The position numbers and the translations under genes are program-made. Below, piece by piece: positions 1 through 11,722 of a stretch of 64,000 nt of DNA; positions within the stretch are counted from its first letter, which is position 1, and the number at the start of each line of letters is the position of its first letter. The stretch is from Felis catus (taxonomy: Eukaryota). A model generated the notes under the pieces. The model saw nothing but the letters and a program-made list of their open reading frames with translations. It did not search any database and was not told where the DNA came from. The stretch covers positions 238,702,001 to 238,766,000 of the forward strand of contig NC_058368.1 of the NCBI RefSeq assembly GCF_018350175.1, in the 5' to 3' direction.

Positions 1-583
1 GTCTGGCAGAGGTCGGGGTGCGCAGGGTACTGGTGGCCCTAGGACAGTCAGGCCCTGAGCTCCTGGGGTGGCCTGTCCTCGGTGCCCTCTGTGCGTGGCT
101 CCCCTCGTCCTCACAGAAGCCCCCGAGTGGGTTCCTTTCTCGTCCCTCCTCCGGATACGGATGCCAGGTCCCAGGGAAGTGGCCCAAGGTCACAGAGCGA
201 GTGACGAGCTGTAGAATGTCCGGTGCTTGGGCCGGCCGGATAGGCCCAGCGCCCACAGGGCTGATCTGGGAGGGGCCTGGCGGGGTGGGTGGCTGCTGGT
301 GTCGAGCCCCCCGGCCCCTCCACGTGGGGGGAGCTGCCTGTGTCAGATGCCCCAGGACGGGCCGTGAGTCCGCAGCACACTGTGAGGAGCCCGGGACCCC
401 GAAGTGTGGTCTCGAGGGGCTGCTGTGTCGACACCCGTCCCTCCCAGCTCACGCAGCGTTCCCATCACGCAAAGTGGAGCGTCAGAAGCGATTTAGCGGC
501 CCCTGGCCCCGGTCGCCCAAGAAAAGCAGTAGTGGTTTCAGAAGAGGCCCCCACGACTCCTCACGCCCGACCACCCGCTCTAG

Positions 584-795
584 GGTCTGTCTGCTGGGGA
601 ACCGCACCTTGTCGAGACGCGGCTTTGACGTCTGCGCCAAGGTCCACACCGTCAACAACAGTACGATGCCCACGGCGCTCTGGGGTCTCTTCTGCAACAG
701 CTCCATGCCCAACGCCACCTGTGACGAGTACTTTGCCCAGAACAACGTCACGGAGATCCAGGGCATCCCTGGCGTGGCCAGCGGCGTCCTCCTGG
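584..795 (+). CDS. SLC12A7: KCC4 coding exon, large extracellular loop ([12 protein letters not shown]...GVASGVLL)
   Basis: tag|G acceptor, G|gtgag donor, 212 nt; several N-X-S/T sequons and loop cysteines. Confidence 0.93.
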
Positions 796-1177
796 GTGAG
801 TCCCCCCCACCCCCGCACCCCAGGCGGGCGGGGCCACGCCTCCCCTCCCCCACAGTCCACCCGCCGGGTGGCTGTCTGTCCTCCCCGGAGCTGCTGTCAC
901 CACACAGGGTGCAAAGGCAGTGGGGTCAGTAGACCCTTTATATCTAGGAGTTAGCCGCTAGGTGCACAGGAACTTTCCAGGTTCACTGGAGACTCACAGG
1001 GCTTTTCCGTTTCTGTTCTGTCTTCTGGGAAGACACACCTCACGTCTTCCTGTGAAGTTGGAGCCCACGGGAGCTTGGGAACCCTTTACCGCCAGCCACG
1101 TCTGCTGGGGCCTCCCTGAGTCAGGAGCACCTGCAGAAGGTTCCGGAATCTTGTTACTGGTCTGTTGTCGCCCACAG

Positions 1178-1345
1178 ATAACCTGTGGAGCTCGTATGCA
1201 GACAAGGGGGCGTTTGTGGAGAGGAAGGGCACACCGTCGGTGCCTGTGCCCGAGGAGAACAGAGCCAGCGGCCTGCCCTACGTCCTCACTGACATCATGA
1301 CCTATTTCACCATGCTGGTCGGGATCTACTTCCCCTCTGTGACCG
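1178..1345 (+). CDS. SLC12A7: KCC4 coding exon (DNLWSSY...GIYFPSVT)
   Basis: cag|AT, G|gtgag, 168 nt, frame-compatible. Confidence 0.95.
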
Positions 1346-1911
1346 GTGAGGCCCCCCCACCGCGCACACATGCCCTGGTCCCCTCACTCTCCATTTGGCC
1401 CCAGAAACAAGCCTCAGGATCTCTGCTCCTGTGTGCTGTGGTTGGGGTGCAGGAAGGGGCTTTGTCCCAAGCTCTCCTGAGAGGCCGTTGTCACTCAAAG
1501 GAACCGTGACCATGGCGGCCGGGAGTGGACACGCTTTCTTCCACACCGGTGCCTCCTCCCCTGCACGTGTGCACGCGCACTTCCTGCCGGGACACCCCTC
1601 GGCGGCCGCGTGTGCGATGGGAGCCTGCCCCACCCCGGCCTGGCCCTGGCTCCCTGAGCCGCCCGCAGCCGATGCTGTGTCTGCCCGTGTGGCTCTTGCC
1701 AGGGGCCGCTTGCAGCCGTGCTCCTGCTCCGGGAGCCCGGTCCGCATGGCCGCCTCGCCAGGCTTCACCTCCGCACCCTCTGCAGCCACGCCGTCTGGGG
1801 ACTGGGGGCCGGGGGGCTGCTGAGCGCTTCTCTCTGGTCCTACCCTCCCTGTGCGTCGGGGCCAAGGGCCTGGCGTGGTAAGCTGCGTGTTCTTCCTGTG
1901 GGCTTCTGTAG

Positions 1912-2010
1912 GTATCATGGCGGGCTCGAACCGGTCTGGGGACCTCAGGGATGCCCAGAAGTCCATCCCCACTGGGACCATTTTGGCCATCGTGACGACG
2001 TCTTTCATCT
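1912..2010 (+). CDS. SLC12A7: KCC4 coding exon ([12 protein letters not shown]...TTSFI)
   Basis: tag|GT, ends at U12 donor GTATCCTT, 99 nt. Confidence 0.95.
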
Positions 2011-2464
2011 GTATCCTTGAGAGGGCCGAGTTCGGGGGTGGTGGCTCTGATGCTCTGCCCGCCGCTGTGTCCCCGGCCACTGGGGTGGGCTTCCCAGGCT
2101 CTGGCGAGTTCTGGCCATCGCCCCCGAGGTGGAGCTGGGCAGGCCTCTGACACTGACCTTCACGGCTGGTTCTGGCACAAGTCCTTGTCCATAAACCACA
2201 CGTACCACCACGTCATCCCACGTAATGTGTCACTAACATGTAGCCGCTCCCTGCTGAGTGAGCCAGGGTGACCTGCCCTGTCCCTGTGGCAGTCATATTA
2301 TAGGCCGTGTGCAGCCTGACTCACCTGGTGGATGGGGCGGCGAGGAAGGTCCCCTGAGGGCCGCCAAGATGGAGTAGGTGGGGTCAGGGTTGGTCAGGTC
2401 CACCTGCAACCAGGGCCCTATGGCCCGTGCGTTTGGCCTGCCTCTTCCTTGACGTGAGATGCAG
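2011..2464 (+). other. SLC12A7: U12-type (minor spliceosome) GT-AG intron
   Basis: 5' GTATCCTTG; branch TTCCTTGAC at 2445-2453, 11 nt from the 3' end; no polypyrimidine tract between branch and AG. Confidence 0.92.
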
Positions 2465-2522
2465 ACCTGTCCTGCATCGTGCTCTTTGGGGCCTGCATTG
2501 AAGGAGTGATCTTACGAGATAA
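2465..2522 (+). CDS. SLC12A7: KCC4 coding exon (YLSCIVLFGACIEGVILRDK)
   Basis: cag|AC, AA|gtacg, 58 nt; absent from the ORF track but restores frame. Confidence 0.93.
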
Positions 2523-2886
2523 GTACGTTTTCACTTGCAGTTTCTAGAAGCTTCCGTGTGTTTTTTCTAGATGATCGTAGTGTTGACCTGGATTTCAGGC
2601 TTCGAGCGGTGGAGCAGGAGGCCCCGTGGCCCCTTTGTAGGGATTCCGTTTGGCCTGGTGTGTCCACCCTCTCCTGCTCCAGCCTGGAGCTGGGGAACCA
2701 CAGGGCAGCCTCTGACCCCGAGAGAGTGTGAGGAGGCCTGTGCGGTCCCTGAGCGTGACCCGCGGCGATGCTGCTCTTACACGAGTGACCGTGGCTTCCC
2801 TGCTCCCGAGAAAGGACACCGAGGGTGGGAGCGGCCTCGTTCCTGCCGAGAAGGTGTCTGAAAGCCCACCTGCCCCTGCCCCGCAG

Positions 2887-3061
2887 GTTTGGGGAGGCCC
2901 TGCAGGGGAAGCTGGTCATCGGCATGCTGGCCTGGCCGTCCCCCTGGGTCATCGTCATCGGCTCCTTCTTCTCCACATGCGGTGCTGGTCTGCAGAGCCT
3001 CACGGGCGCACCACGCCTGCTGCAGGCCATTGCCCGCGACGGCATCGTCCCCTTTCTGCAG
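2887..3061 (+). CDS. SLC12A7: KCC4 coding exon ([10 protein letters not shown]...DGIVPFLQ)
   Basis: cag|G, CAG|gtgag, 175 nt. Confidence 0.95.
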
Positions 3062-3391
3062 GTGAGCTGGGAGGCCGTCCTTCTGTGAGCATGTCCTCGA
3101 GGGTCCCTGAGGGTCTGCCCCCAGGGCACGACCTTCACTGGCCCGCACTGTGGGCCCCGGGGACCCCTGCCAGCCTGGTGGCTCCCCGCAGATGGTCACT
3201 GTGCTGTGGGAACAGTGAACAGCATCCACCTCCTGCCGGGGCTGGGGGCGGGGGGCAGTGTCTGTCCCGAGCAGGGCCAGCGGGGGGGGCGTCTCTCCGG
3301 GAGGGGCGTCTATTCTGCGGGGTGTCTGTCCTGCAGGGAAGTGTCCTCCACTTGGGACGGAAGCTTTCTGGAACGAACTTGACGGTTTCAC

Positions 3392-3725
3392 GTCTCAGTG
3401 TCCTGGGGCCACCCTACCACATGCCACGGGCTGGGGGCTCAGACGACACGAGCTGATTTGCTCACACTCTGGAGGCCGAAAGCCCGAGATGCAGGCACGG
3501 GCAGGGCTGGTTTCTTCTGAGGTCTCCCTCCTTGGCACGTGGACGCTGTCTTCTTCGAGGCCTCACGTGGCTTCCCTGTGCCTGTGTCTTCATCACTTCT
3601 TGCAAGGACAGCAGCCGGGATTGGGGCTGCCCCCGTGGCCTCAGTTCCTGTAAAGCTCACAACCTGCAGACATAGTCACCTCCTGGGGGGCGGGGGGGTT
3701 GGGGCCGTGGATGTTGGATGTTTGT
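3392..3725 (-). mobile_element. Degraded MLT1-type (ERVL-MaLR) solo LTR fragment
   Basis: Resembles antisense MLT1 motifs (ctcacactctggaggccgaaagcccgagat...gggctggtttcttctgagg); boundaries approximate. Confidence 0.65.
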
Positions 3726-3841
3726 CCTGATCCCGGCTGGAGAGGGTCTGGGAAGAGTGGTAAAAGTCTGCTTCTGCCTCCATCCCATATCTGAGACCTT
3801 CTGGAGCTGTACCTGAGACCCTGGGCTTCTCATCAGGATGA

Positions 3842-4009
<168 letters not shown>

Positions 4010-4274
4010 TGAGCGGGCGTGGGCACGGCGGGAGGCATGTGGGGACAGGCTGTGGAGAGGTGGCTGCCGCTTGTCACCTGTGCGTCCCGGCTCAGGGGAC
4101 AAGGGACGTGTATGGTCACGGGGACGGAGGGGGCGGGGAGACCCCGTGGGGGGGGGGGGGTGGATAATGCTGCAGCCGAGGGGTCTTCCTGGGAGCAGGG
4201 GGCCCAGGCGCCTGCAGGACGGGAGCTGCCGTGGGACCCGCCCCCGCTCCTCTGGTGCTACGTTTGTGCCCCAG

Positions 4275-4373
4275 GTTTTTCCTCATGTGCTACATGTTCG
4301 TGAACCTGGCCTGTGCCGTGCAGACCTTGCTGCGTACCCCCAACTGGCGCCCGCGATTCAAGTACTACCACTG
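4275..4373 (+). CDS. SLC12A7: KCC4 coding exon ([33 protein letters not shown])
   Basis: cag|G, TG|gtgag, 99 nt. Confidence 0.95.
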
Positions 4374-4543
4374 GTGAGCATTGGAGCCCGCGGGCGGCCG
4401 CTGCCTGGGCCACGCAGGCGTCTCGTGGCATGTGGCCCCCGCTGGGGGTGCAGCCTCAGTCTCCCTGGGCCCAGAGCATTTGACCGAGGGCTGCTCGGTC
4501 CTCCTGCCAGCGTGCGTGGCTGGCGTGTGTGGGGGACCGCTGA

Positions 4544-4840
<297 letters not shown>

Positions 4841-5165
4841 TAAGCCTCTGCGGGGCCTGGCCCCGGGGCACAGGCGGGACCCAGCTGTCACAGTCACACA
4901 CCTTCGTCATAGCAGCTGGAGAGTGACACATTTTTTACGGCGTGGTTTTTGAGAACTTTGAAGTCCATCCAATGACAGCACTGATGTGTTGGCGGATTTC
5001 AAACTTTCCGGAAAGTACCCCGCATCCCACAGCGCCTGGTCCATCCCTGGGGCGTTTCCCTTGGGCGCCTGGCCCCCTCTGGGGAGGCGGCTCTGGGCCG
5101 GGGTCCCTGCTGCTGCCCCCCCAGCTCTTTCCAGGGTGGTTTAGCTGGAGTGTCAGGGGCCGTGA

Positions 5166-5468
<303 letters not shown>

Positions 5469-5885
5469 TGAGCGCCCCAGCTTGCCCTGAGTTGGCCTCC
5501 TGCCGTCTGAACCCCCGAAGCACCGTGTCTAACAGCACACTTCGGAGAAGGAAAGTTGCTGCCTCTCTTTGGGGAGCGATTGTCTCAGAAGCTTCCAGCA
5601 CCTTCCCTCAGTCCACAGTGGTTGGCCGTGGCGCGATCAGCATGTCTCTGGGCACTAGGCCGGACCTGGGTGGCGTGGTGGGTGGGGAAGGGGGCGAGCT
5701 GACCTCGCTGGGGTCCTGCCGAGGACGGAGGGCAAGCGTGTGGGCGTCTCCCTGCCACTGGGGGGGTAGAGAAGGCCGTGCCTGGGGAACAGCGGTTTTA
5801 CCCCTACGGAGAGCCCCTTGGCCTCTGGGCACGTGCACCTGCGCACCTGGGGGGGGCGCGGGGTGACGGCTGTCTCCCCCCGCAG

Positions 5886-6054
5886 GCCGCAGGTGCTGGT
5901 GATGCTGAGCCTGGATGAGGAGCAGTGTGTAAAGCACCCCCGACTGCTGTCCCTCACCACCCAGCTCAAGGCCGGCAAGGGCCTGACCATCGTGGGCTCC
6001 GTGCTGGAGGGCACCTACCTGGACAAGCACTCGGAGGCCCAGCGGGCGGAGGAG
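5886..6054 (+). CDS. SLC12A7: KCC4 coding exon ([10 protein letters not shown]...AQRAEE)
   Basis: cag|G, GAG|gtggg, 169 nt. Confidence 0.94.
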
Positions 6055-7803
6055 GTGGGCAGCGTGGGCGGAGGGCGGGCGGAGGGGCCGGGTGGCCCTT
6101 AAGTGCGGTGTGGGGCGGGCCCCTGTTTCCTGCGCGGGCTGGGCCGGAAGGTCCGAGCTTGGGTCCTGCGTCCCATGGGGCTGTGTGGTTTCAAGGACCG
6201 GGGCTTCTGGGTTTGGACGGAGCTGGACGGAAGCTGCTGCAGGGACCTGCTGTGGGCGGGGCCTCGTGCTGGAGGGGCTGCCCGCCCGGGGCTCAGGCCG
6301 AGGGGCGCGACCTCGGCACGTGTGGAAACGCAGGCGTGCGGGTGTTTCCAGACAGAAACGCTTCCGTGTCCGTGACTAGAGCAGGAGGCACGGGAGCACC
6401 AGGTGTTCCCAGGCAGCCTCCCTCTTGTCCCCTGTCTTCCCTTCCTCACGGGTGGAGCCCCCCCCCGCTCCCCGTCCGGGCGGATGGCGTGTCCTCGTGT
6501 CCGGGAGCAGCCACGCTGCTGCCGTGGGCCTGAACCGGGGCTGCACCCAGAGGCTCATTCGGATTCAGAGCGGGGGGTGGGGTCGCAGGACGGTGGCCTC
6601 CTACCTGGACAGCCCCGCGCGCTCAGCGGTCCGCAGGTACAGCTGGTTCAGGGAAGGCAGCGGACGCGCTGGGTGCTTATCCCTCCCTCTGGGGCGTCAG
6701 GCCCCCCTCAGCGGGACCTCAGCTCAAGGGCTCAGGTGCGGCGGTGGCTGGCTGCAAACCGGTTTAAGCGGTGTCCTCCTTGCGACGCTCACACTGCCCA
6801 TTTCTGGCCGGGGCTTTGCTCTCCGGATCCCCTCCTGCTCGTGGCGACAGGAGCTCTTGCCCTGACCCGAGGCGTGGCGGGAGAGGCCCTGACGTAGCTC
6901 GGGTGCCACGCGGTCTCCGGGCAACTCTCGCCGGGTGGGGCGTCTCTGGCGAACCGAGGGGGAGGTGGGCGAGGGAGGTGGGCGTCCGCGAGCCAGGGCC
7001 CAGGACGGTTCGGGTGTGGCTGGGTTCACGGTCTCTGCCCCTTTCTAGACTCTACTGCTACCATCTAACACACAAGGTTCTGTTCCTTGCTAACTAAGTC
7101 CTACAGAAAGCGTTGCGCGCGCTTACGTCGTAGGAGTTCAGTTTTGTGTTTTGGAAGAGCGTGTGTTTGCGATGGTCTCGTGGTATCTTATGGAAGCGGG
7201 AGATTCCTGTTCTGAGACCCCTCTGTTCTTGTGCGTTGAGGGGCTTCTGACGTTCCTGTGACAGAAGAGTGGGCGAGTGGTCCGTAGACAGGTTTGGGTC
7301 CTCGGTGGGGCTCGTGCAGTCAGAGCCTCCCTAGTAGCAGGGACGCCACGGGTCTGGGCCAGGTTCCGGTTTCCTGGTCTGCCTGGCGGTCTGCCTGCCG
7401 TCGGATGGCTCCGTGTGCCGGTGGCTCGGCCCCGTTATTGCCCTGGTGGCACGACTGGGTTTCGCCACAGATGTACGGCAGCTGTGGGGCTGAGGGTCAC
7501 GGTGTCCCCGAGGGGGGGGCCGCCGTCTGAGGGGCTGGCGAACAGGGAGCTGTGTCTCAGGACGAGGGCCCGGGGCCCCCGCGGTGCCCAGACTCCTCCT
7601 GCTCTGGTCATCTCCTGCCCTGCCCTGTGTCTCTCTGCCCGTGGAACCGAAGCCAGGAGGCCTGGTTGGTCGTGCTGGGGCTCGCGCGCCGGCTGGGAGG
7701 CCGGGAAGGGTGAGGCCCTGCTGCTCCCCGCGGCGAGAATGCCGCCGGGTCTGGCCGTGACCGTGCGGTTGGCCCCTCACGGTCCCCCCGCGTATCTCCC
7801 CAG

Positions 7804-7999
7804 AACATCCGGGCTCTGATGAGCGCGGAGAAGACCAAGGGTTTCTGCCAGCTGGTGGTGTCCTCCAACCTGCGCGATGGCATGTCCCACCTGATCCAGT
7901 CGGCTGGCCTGGGGGGCATGAAGCACAACACGGTGCTCATGGCCTGGCCCGAGTCCTGGAAGAGGGAGGACAACACCTTCTCCTGGAAGAACTTCGTCG
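7804..7999 (+). CDS. SLC12A7: KCC4 coding exon ([14 protein letters not shown]...SWKNFV)
   Basis: cag|AAC, G|gtggg, 196 nt. Confidence 0.94.
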
Positions 8000-8260
8000 G
8001 TGGGTCCTGGGCCCCCTCCGCGAGGCTCCCGGAGGCCCCGGCTGTGCGCCCCATGGGAGAGTGACCCCCCACCCCCCTTGGGAGAGCCTCACTGCCCTGT
8101 GCGCGCCAGCTCCGCCCCTGCAGGTCCCCCGGAGGCCCCTCCAGCCGCGTCCAGGGCAGCGAGGGCTGCCGTCCTCCTGCACTCCAGGCGGGGCTTCGCA
8201 GGGGTGGCGGCCTCACCACTCCTGCCACGGTGCTGACGACCCACCACTGTCTCTCCGCAG

Positions 8261-8430
8261 AGACCGTCCGAGACACCACGGCGGCGCAGCAGGCCCTGCT
8301 GGTGGCCAAGAACGTGGACCTGTTTCCACAAAACCAGGAGCGCTTCAGCGACGGGGATATCGACGTGTGGTGGGTCGTGCACGACGGGGGCCTGCTCATG
8401 CTGCTGCCTTTCCTGCTGCGGCAGCACAAG
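8261..8430 (+). CDS. SLC12A7: KCC4 coding exon ([11 protein letters not shown]...WWVVHDGG...LRQHK)
   Basis: cag|AG, AAG|gtgcg, 170 nt. Confidence 0.95.
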
Positions 8431-8439
8431 GTGCGCCGG

Positions 8440-8987
8440 GGTCTTGCGACGGGGGTAGGGGGACAGGGTCCCGTGATGGGGGGTCCTGAGATGGGGCGGG
8501 GGCTTGGGGTCCTGTGATGGGGGGGGTCCTGAGATGGGGGTGGGGGTTTGGGGTCCTGTGATGGGCACGGGGGCTCAGGGGCCCGTGATGGGGGAGGTCC
8601 TGAGATGGGGGCGGAGGTTTTGGGGTCCTGAGATGGGGCGGGGATTTTGGGGTCCTGTGATGGAGGGTGGGGTCCTGCTCTGCGGGCATGGGGGCTCAGG
8701 GTCCTGTGATGGGGGGTCCTGAGATGGGGGCGGGAGCTTGGGGTCCTGTGATGGGCACGGGGGCTCAGGGTCCTGTGATGGGGGGTCCTGAGATGGGGGT
8801 GGGGGTTTGGGGTCCTGTGATTGGGGGGGTCCTGAGATGGGGGCGGGAGCTTGGGGTCCTGTGATGGGCATGGGGGCTCAGGGTCCTGTGATGGGGGGTC
8901 CTGAGATGGGGGCGGGAGCTTGGGGTCCTGTGATGGGCATGGGGGCTCAGGGTCCTGTGATGGGGGGTCCTGTGATAGGGGCGGGGA
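8440..8987. repeat. G-rich intronic minisatellite (GTCCTG(T/A)GATGGG core, 69-bp higher-order unit)
   Basis: Repeated 15/27/27-bp subunits; period 69 seen at 8701/8770 and 8883/8952. Confidence 0.95.
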
Positions 8988-9070
8988 TGTCTGTATCACA
9001 CAGGGCAGGCGGTGGGGGGGCTCCCTGGGCCAAGTGCAGGTGCAGAAGCCAGCTCCCCCCCGCCTGCCAG

Positions 9071-9202
9071 GTGTGGAGAAAATGCCGGATGCGCATCTTC
9101 ACGGTGGCCCAGGTGGACGACAACAGCATCCAGATGAAGAAGGACCTTCAGGTGTTCCTGTACCACCTCCGGATCAGTGCCCAGGTGGAGGTGGTGGAGA
9201 TG
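9071..9202 (+). CDS. SLC12A7: KCC4 coding exon ([10 protein letters not shown]...VEVVEM)
   Basis: cag|GTG, ATG|gtgag, 132 nt. Confidence 0.95.
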
Positions 9203-10011
9203 GTGAGGCGTGCGGACTGCCGGAGGTTCTGGGTTCGGGGTTCCCCGCCCACCCACCCCCCCCCCCACCCACCCCCCCCCCCACTCGACCTGATGGTCGT
9301 ACCCACACGTTTCGTGTTGTGCAGACCGCCGCTCCAGTGTTCTCTCGGGCTGGACTGGGCCTGTGAGTTTAGGGGTTTATGGTCAGGGGACCCTAGAGGT
9401 GACGTACCCTTCTGGGCATATCTCATAAGACGGACGTGACACCTAGCCTGTCACAGGTCGTGAGCCTGGGGTCCAGGCCCCCGTGTTCCCATCTCCAGGC
9501 TCTTGGGTGGGAGCGGGTCCCCGGGGCCGTGGGAGCACCGGCGGCCTCTCCCCAGGCAGCGTGCCCCCAGCAGGCTCTCGGGAGCGGTGGACAGGGCTCA
9601 GGCCCTGAGGGGGCAGAGGAAGCGGTGTGTGCCCGACACGGACCCTGCCCGGGGCCGGTGGGAGGACCCGGGGTCGCCCACCAAGCGTCATGCCAGGGCT
9701 GGGGACGATCCCGACCCCACGGTCAGCGGGAGAGCTCCGGGCTCACCCTGCGTGGCCGCCGGCTCTCCCGGCACAGAAATGGCTCCTGTTGGCTGTGGTC
9801 ACAGCTTCGTGCGGGACGTGGCATGAGCTTGGCGTGGGTTCTGTCAGGGGCCGCGCTGCGTGTCCGCGAGCAGATGTGCGTTCAGCTGTGGCGGTTGTCC
9901 CCCCCCCCCCCCCCCACATGGTCACAGCACGGTCACGCTCCTGCAGGCGTGCCCGTGTGGAACACACACGCCTGGGGCACCCGTTCACTTCTGTGCCTGG
10001 GGGCTCCCTAG

Positions 10012-10119
10012 GTCGAAAACGACATCTCGGCGTTCACGTACGAGAAGACGTTGATGATGGAGCAGAGATCCCAGATGCTGAAGCAGATGCAGCTCTCCAA
10101 GACCGAGCGGGAGAGAGAG
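10012..10119 (+). CDS. SLC12A7: KCC4 coding exon ([21 protein letters not shown]...ERERE), with the first WNK-SPAK/OSR1 regulatory Thr (codon 10048-10050)
   Basis: tag|GTC, GAG|gtgcg, 108 nt; YE(K/R)TLMMEQR motif is conserved in KCCs. Confidence 0.95.
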
Positions 10120-10568
10120 GTGCGCGTGCGGGTGCCCGCTGCGCCCAGCCGGCCTGTGCCCCGCGTTCTCGCCTGGCCAACAGGACCGAGTCTCGGTGGT
10201 CTCTGGAGCCGTGCGCCCCCCAGCCGGGTCTTCTGAACAGGCGGTGGCACGATTCTGCCTCCGCCTCCTCTCCCTACCCACTCCGGGTGTGAGGACACGC
10301 ACCCTCCCAGGCCCCGGTGGCCCCCGTCCACATACGCGGGTGTGCCCAGAACCGGCGCCTGCCGTGTTGAGTGCAGAGACTTCTGGGTACAAATGTCCCC
10401 TCGTCCTGGGCTTTTCTCCGTGGCCTTCAGAGCCACGAGTTTGGTCTGGAAGCGGGGGGTGGGGTGGCATTGGGTCCCCTGCAGGGAGGCCTGGTCCCGG
10501 GGTCCCGGCCTTTGTTCCCGGGAAAGTTTTGGAGACCTTCCTGTTCATGTGCCCTGATTCCCTGCCAG

Positions 10569-10747
10569 GCCCAGCTCATCCACGACAGGAATACCGCGTC
10601 CCATTCAGTGGTGGCCACCAGGACCCAAGCCCCACCCACACCGGACAAAGTGCAGATGACCTGGACCAAGGAGAAGCTGGCCGCCGAGAAGTTTAAGAAC
10701 AAGGAGCCAGGCGCATCCGGGTTCAAAGACCTCTTCAGCCTGAAGCC
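10569..10747 (+). CDS. SLC12A7: KCC4 coding exon (AQLIHDRN...VQMTWT...DLFSLKP), with the second regulatory Thr (codon 10659-10661)
   Basis: cag|GCC, CC|gtgag, 179 nt; MTWT motif. Confidence 0.95.
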
Positions 10748-11233
10748 GTGAGTGTGGCCCGCGGGCTCCCGGGTGGTAGGGCCTGGCTGTCACAGAGCTG
10801 GGGCTGGACAGGCCTGAGGGCCACAGTCTGCTCTCAGGGCCTGTTTGCCACATCTGGGATCCCAGCAGTCAGGGGTCAGTGCCCTTAGGGAGCTGGGGAC
10901 TCCCAGCTGTGACCCTGCTGATTGTGCAGGCTACCTGCCGGGGCCTGGGTGCTGCCTGTGGCGTTGGGCCGAGAGCCCCAGGGTGGGCGCAGGTGCAGGT
11001 GGGGGGTGCCGGGTGGCGTGGCTGTGCCGGGAGGCCCCCCCCCCGGGGTTTTCAGTGAGGACCAAAGCCCCAAGGCCTTGTGTTGTGGGGAAGGGCATGG
11101 GGGTCAGACCCTGTTGTGGAGAAGGACCAGGTAAGCCGGGGAAGGGCAGCTGGGCTGTGCCCGTGGTTTTTTAAACGTGTTCATTGTGCACACTCTTGAA
11201 GTAACCTGTTCTTGTGTTTTCTCCTCCTTGTAG

Positions 11234-11248
11234 AGAATGGGGAAGTCT
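11234..11248 (+). CDS. SLC12A7: 15-nt alternative microexon, adds EWGSL
   Basis: Strong pyrimidine tract + tag acceptor, gtaagt donor, frame-preserving; gives KPEWGSLNQSN, compare KCC2 KPEWENLNQSN. Confidence 0.85.
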
Positions 11249-11324
11249 GTAAGTGCTCTCCTGCTGTTTAGGATGCTTCTTAGGCCTGTCTTCTCGCATG
11301 CTGGGCACACACTGCTTGTGAACT

Positions 11325-11722
11325 GTGCACATGTCCACGTGTGTGTGTGTGCGTGCCCAGCCCTGGGTGTGTGCATGTGCGTGCACGGCCCTGCATGTAT
11401 GTGTGCACGAATGGCCCTAAGCGTGTGTGTGTGTGCATGGTCCTGTGTGTGTGTGTGTGTGCAAGCATCGCCCCGAGTGTGTGCATGCACAGCCCTGAAT
11501 GTGTGTGTGTGGCCCCGAGTGTGTGTCTGCACGTGCACGGCCCTGCGTGTGTGTGCATGTGTGCACATGACCCCAAGTGTGTGTGTATGCACACGGCCAT
11601 GTGTGTGCGCGCGTGTGTGTGCACGGTCCTAAGTGTGTGCGTACACAGCTCTGCGTGTGTGTGCACGTACAGCCCCCAGTGTGTGTGCATGCACGGCCCT
11701 GAGTGTGCACGTGTCCGCACGC
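11325..11722. repeat. (TG)n-derived minisatellite, approx. 20-26 bp units with TGCA(C/T)G...GCCC core
   Basis: Direct inspection. Confidence 0.9.

Noticed and set aside
7100..7266. Hairpins (cctac/gtagg, aagcg/cgctt; cccctc/gagggg) ending near ACA, suggestive of an H/ACA snoRNA
   Set aside because: No proper ANANNA hinge box and short stems; would need an Infernal/Rfam hit.
8440..8987. Repeat-spacer look resembling a CRISPR array
   Set aside because: Eukaryotic intron; the spacers are themselves repeated; no cas genes.
7608..8999. 463-aa antisense ORF with PPSQDP repeats
   Set aside because: Product of the triplet-phased minisatellite plus antisense exons; no independent gene signals.
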